Shown: positions 50,943 to 54,672 of the stretch, in pieces
Layout: every line of letters begins with the position of its first letter
Numbering within the stretch: the stretch's first letter is position 1
Assembly (NCBI GenBank): GCA_051942245.1
Contig: JAVECL010000096.1
Location: 1-54,672, forward strand
Direction of reading: 5' to 3'
Origin: Trypethelium eluteriae
Taxonomy: Eukaryota
DNA: 54,672 nt
Notes under the pieces: generated by a model
Database searches by the model: none
Seen by the model: only the letters and a program-made list of their open reading frames with translations
Told to the model about the DNA's origin: nothing
Made by a program: the position numbers and the translations under genes

Positions 50943-51567
50943 CTAATTCGAGGGCAGATGTCGGGGATGTCCTTCTGAAACTTTTTCACTGGGACTGCGC
51001 AAAGGATATTTCATGCCCATCTGATGTTCCCATAGCACACGATCGAAAATTTCCTCCTCGTAAAGCCTCGGCATCTCCGGAATACATGAACGTCTTCCCT
51101 AGCGCTTTAAGCGGTACTTGGTCGTCTGTGAACTCGATCGAGCATGGTGTCACTTTGTAGGCGCTGGTTTCGTAGTGTGCGAGCTTGTCTTCATCTTCTT
51201 GAGATTGCACCACATACGCGTCGCCCTCGACGATGTTTCCAGCTGGGCCATCAAGGAGAGTACGGTAAGGACCCCAATTCGATAGTGGCCATCCCCAAAT
51301 ACGAGCCGGTCGATATTTGGGTGGTTGCTGCAATTCGAGTATTCTTGTCAATACTTCAGGCTGTCTAAGAGTACCGTAGAAGAAATAATATTTAGGGCTG
51401 TATCGTTCAGGCTCTGGAGGGTTGCGGTCCAGCTCTGCCTGAAGATTTTCCAAGTAGTTTTCCAGTGCCGAGGCAAGTTTTGCGAGGAACGGAGACTCTG
51501 TCTCAATTTGTGGGCGAGGCATCTTGCGGTCTGGCGGAAGCGGAGGTGCAAATGGGGTAGTCTCCAT
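50943..51567 (-). CDS. AIG2-like / gamma-glutamyl(amine) cyclotransferase; C-terminus frameshifted
   Basis: ATG at 51567; YYFFYGTL, WGPYRTLLDG, VEGDAYVV and LAHYET (catalytic-Glu region). Frame 0 stops at 50986; the +1 frame from 51044 (DRVLWEHQMG) stops at 50943. Confidence 0.8.
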
Positions 51568-52500
51568 GTTCAAGTTTAGTTTATGCTTTTTTCTACCGTT
51601 TACTTTGCATGTCACGATGGAGTTAGTGGAATGTGTGTGACAAAAGTGCGGCACAGCCTCGAACTGGTAGACTTCCAATGGCTTACGTAAGACGGAATTC
51701 AAAGACTCGCGAGACTCATCGCTTTCATTATGGAGTATTGAGGCTGAGTGGACTTACCAGCAAGACCTGGTGGCAATAACAGCTGGCCGATGCTCTTGCT
51801 TCCACGCATTTAGGAACCACAGCGAGAGCTTTGAAACACAATGGACGAGCCGGGTACTCTACTGATTCTCCTGAAGCTCAGAAGATTCGAAGGATAAGTA
51901 AATCAGAACAGGAGCCATCTGGTGAGCATGGCACTCCATGGCAATATCGTGTTCCCTTTCCATCAAAGCTGTAAGGCTCCCGGAGAGAGATTCGTTCTCT
52001 CCCAATACCGTTCAGCCTCGCAAGCTATGCCAGGCTCAACACCCGCTCACGATATGTAACCCCATCTCTCACCACTGGTTGGCTACGAACCCACGCTGTC
52101 CCACGGACTGAGACAATTAGCACTGAAGTCTGGATGTGGACCACTTGAAGGTTCTCTATAGACGCTATCCATTTTCTGGCGCCGCCTTGTTTCAGGCTCC
52201 AACTACACCCTAGCCGCTGCTGCGGCACAGCTGGAGTTGTATGTAAACTTGAGCGACGAGCGATATCACAGGGCTCGCTTTTCAAGTTTTCGCAAGTTTC
52301 CAGTGCTTTCTGTCAATTTCTTCTATCAAAGCTTATGTCCAAGTCAAATATAGAGAGGAAACAATGACAATCTCCTGAAGCAGCTCTACTTTATCGTGCC
52401 CAAATTGGTCGAACGATATATCTTGGGAAAGGGGCTTCCGGAATAATTCCTACGTATCTCTTTGATCACCGCATACTCTAATTCGCCACCGACTGCGAAG

Positions 52501-53894
52501 ATGTGCTTCGAGAACGAAAAAACAAACGCAGATCAGCCTGCGCCTGCCAGACCAACATGACTATCAACAAGGTCGAGAAGGTCCGACATCAACTTGGAGA
52601 ATACCAGTCAAGGCGGAGATGATCCGGCTCAAGTCCCTTCGTCTTCTGTGAGAAGATCGAGAAAAGTCAGCGAACATGGCCAGACGCAAGTGCCGGCGCC
52701 GCCACCTCCACCTCCACCCCCACCCGCAGTTCCGATTGTGCAACGACGATCTCAACTTCCATCCACGGCTTCTGGGTCCTCGCGACCACGAGCACCAACT
52801 GGCAGCCTTGCTATTGGGATTGAAACGGAACTTATGCTTCAAGGTCGTCAGCCGGGCACGGCATCAAATTCTTTAGGGTCGTTCACTCAAAAATTTACCA
52901 AGGCGTACAATGAACTAGTTCCGGAAAAGCATCCACGCATGCAAAGCCGTCTACCCGGTACTCCATCGGGCCCTGCCCATACTCAATGGTGTTTGCATCA
53001 CGACCCCACCGTTGAGACGCGTAAAGAGCCTTGTAAGTATACCTTAAAGTATTTGGCCCGCTTTTTACGTTTTTATGCTTACCTGACATAGGGGGCGTTG
53101 AAATCGTTTCTCACATACTTCTGCTATACACAACGTCAAAATGGCGGGCCGACGTCGAAGCTCTGTGGTCCTTCCTCAACGGTGAATACATAGTAACTGC
53201 TAATAACAACTGCAGCACGCATGTCCATATATCTTTAGCTAAGGGCTATTCCGTGTCAGATCTGAAAAATTTGGCCGCCTCTGTCATATACTTTGAGCCT
53301 GCTCTTGAAGCGTTGGTCCCACCGAACCGACGTGGAAACGAGTATGCGAGAAGCAACTGGATTGACAATGCGAATTTCGGTTACAAGAAAAAATTAAGAT
53401 CTGAGTCGATTGCCATGATCATGAAGTGCGGAATCGATGAGGAAGTCATCAACCTCATGAATCCTCGAGGCGAAAGATATTTTGGTTGGAACTTCCTCGC
53501 ACTCAGGAAATATAAAACAATCGAGTTCCGGAGGGGGGCAGCTAGTTTGAGTGTTCGCGACGCCTTTATGTGGGTGGAACTAGCAGTTTCTTTTGTGCTG
53601 GCAGCTCTCAGGCTAGGTTCGGCGCAGGAGCTCACAGCCATTCCTGCAACAGTAGGAGGTTTGAGAGCCTTCATGAGCCAGGCCAAACTCGAAAATGCGC
53701 TTGGTCAGAAGAATCCTCCTCACGTGAACCGATTGTTTCAAGACAGGGTAAAGGATGAAAGGGTTGATCCAATTCCTGTTGGGGACCTGACCCCGGAAAA
53801 ACGATTAAAGCTCAAAAAGAAGATCGAAGCGGATGCCAAAAGCGATCCGATGCTAGACAGACTCAAATCAGCCCAAGCTTCAGGTACCATCTAA
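52501..53894 (+). CDS. Putative amidoligase (Amidoligase_2, glutamine-synthetase-like COOH-NH2 ligase); in-frame TGA near the N-terminus
   Basis: Intron 53033-53091 joins AIGIETE..W.L.HDPTV..WGVEIVS..CSTHVHIS..FEPALEALVPPNRRGNEYARSN..RYFGWNF..TIEFRRG. The only in-frame ATG upstream of the GIETE motif is at 52501, followed by TGA at 52558-52560. Confidence 0.8.
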
Positions 53895-54637
53895 AGACTG
53901 GCACTTTAGATACAACAAGCCAAATCTCCGTGTGATTATGTCGCGGGGCTTGCATTATACCACTATGCTGGGAGAGGTTGACGATCGGAATTTATTGAAG
54001 CCAAATGAGTAGTTCTCTGAACGCTTCGCAGTACATCAATACGTACAACCAAGACCTGGTGACTGTTTATCGCGGTCTGTATACCGTGTTTTTGGGAATA
54101 GTAGCTGAGGTTAAAAGAACTTGACGCATAGCTTCGGAACTTCAAGGCCCGTTGATTTGAAGTATCCCACAGACCGCTACAAGATCTTCACCCGATACCC
54201 GTCATTCAGCATCACTGAAAAGTCTTGTTGGCCACAAGACGCTCTCAAATGAATGCTCATACATCTTGTACGTTCTTCATTGCTGGCTTGTTGCACGGTC
54301 AACATGGCGGAGTATGTAGCAAAAATCTCGATGCAGCTTCTCTTATCTCAATTGGATTTGTTAGGTTTCCTCGACAAAATCTATCCCGAATCTCTGAATA
54401 CATCAGGCTGAGGTAGAAACATTCGTACGGAGTAGTGTAGTCCCGAGAAGGAGCAAAGTTCCGCCTTCCCTCCTCGACGGAGGCACGGACACAGTGTTCC
54501 GCTCACTCCTACGTACCTAGGAGGTGGTAGGTAGCGTAGCTTTGGCTGTCTGGCAACATCCCAGCCAGCCGCATCAATCTTCTTAATCGAAGGACCACTC
54601 CATCATCTACGCAGCCATACGTGCACCCAACTCAACA

Positions 54638-54672
54638 ATGTCGAACTTTGCGCCCTACCAATCCGACACCCC
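54638..54672 (+). CDS. Start of a downstream gene (3'-truncated by window edge)
   Basis: Good fungal start context CAACAATG after a C/A-rich leader; MSNFAPYQSDTP. Confidence 0.5.
   Translation, partial: MSNFAPYQSDT

Overview
Intron-rich genomic DNA from a filamentous ascomycete (Pezizomycotina): GT..AG introns of about 45-60 nt with CTRAC/CTAAY branch sites, so the six-frame ORF track fragments most genes. I reconstruct about 20 protein-coding genes by hand. Well-supported ones are SNF8/VPS22 (3' end), eIF3c/NIP1, YAK1 kinase, a ferric/cupric reductase, HMG-CoA synthase ERG13, a PTH11-like receptor, a Pcl/Clg1-type cyclin, VPS35, succinate-semialdehyde dehydrogenase and PEX14. Less certain ones are a secreted S/T-rich protein with Kex2 sites, an Ifh1/Crf1-like acidic protein, a large mitochondrial protein, a zf-PARP protein, an F-box-like protein and an Hva1-TUDOR protein. 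The most striking element is at the right end: a divergent pair of an AIG2/gamma-glutamylcyclotransferase and an Amidoligase_2 (COOH-NH2 ligase), the same pairing known from bacterial gene neighbourhoods. Each gene is interrupted exactly at a known recoding signal (in-frame TTT_CGA needing a +1 shift; TGA_CTA needing readthrough); ordinary decay or assembly error cannot be excluded. Other notable items are a splice donor overlapping the cyclin stop codon that opens a 121-codon alternative tail with a 14-aa Trp/Gln repeat, a candidate intronic box C/D snoRNA, a 7-nt PEX14 microexon, and repeated C-rich to G-rich strand-skew switches. No tRNA, rRNA, CRISPR array or intact transposon was seen. 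All family assignments come from motif recognition, not database searches.
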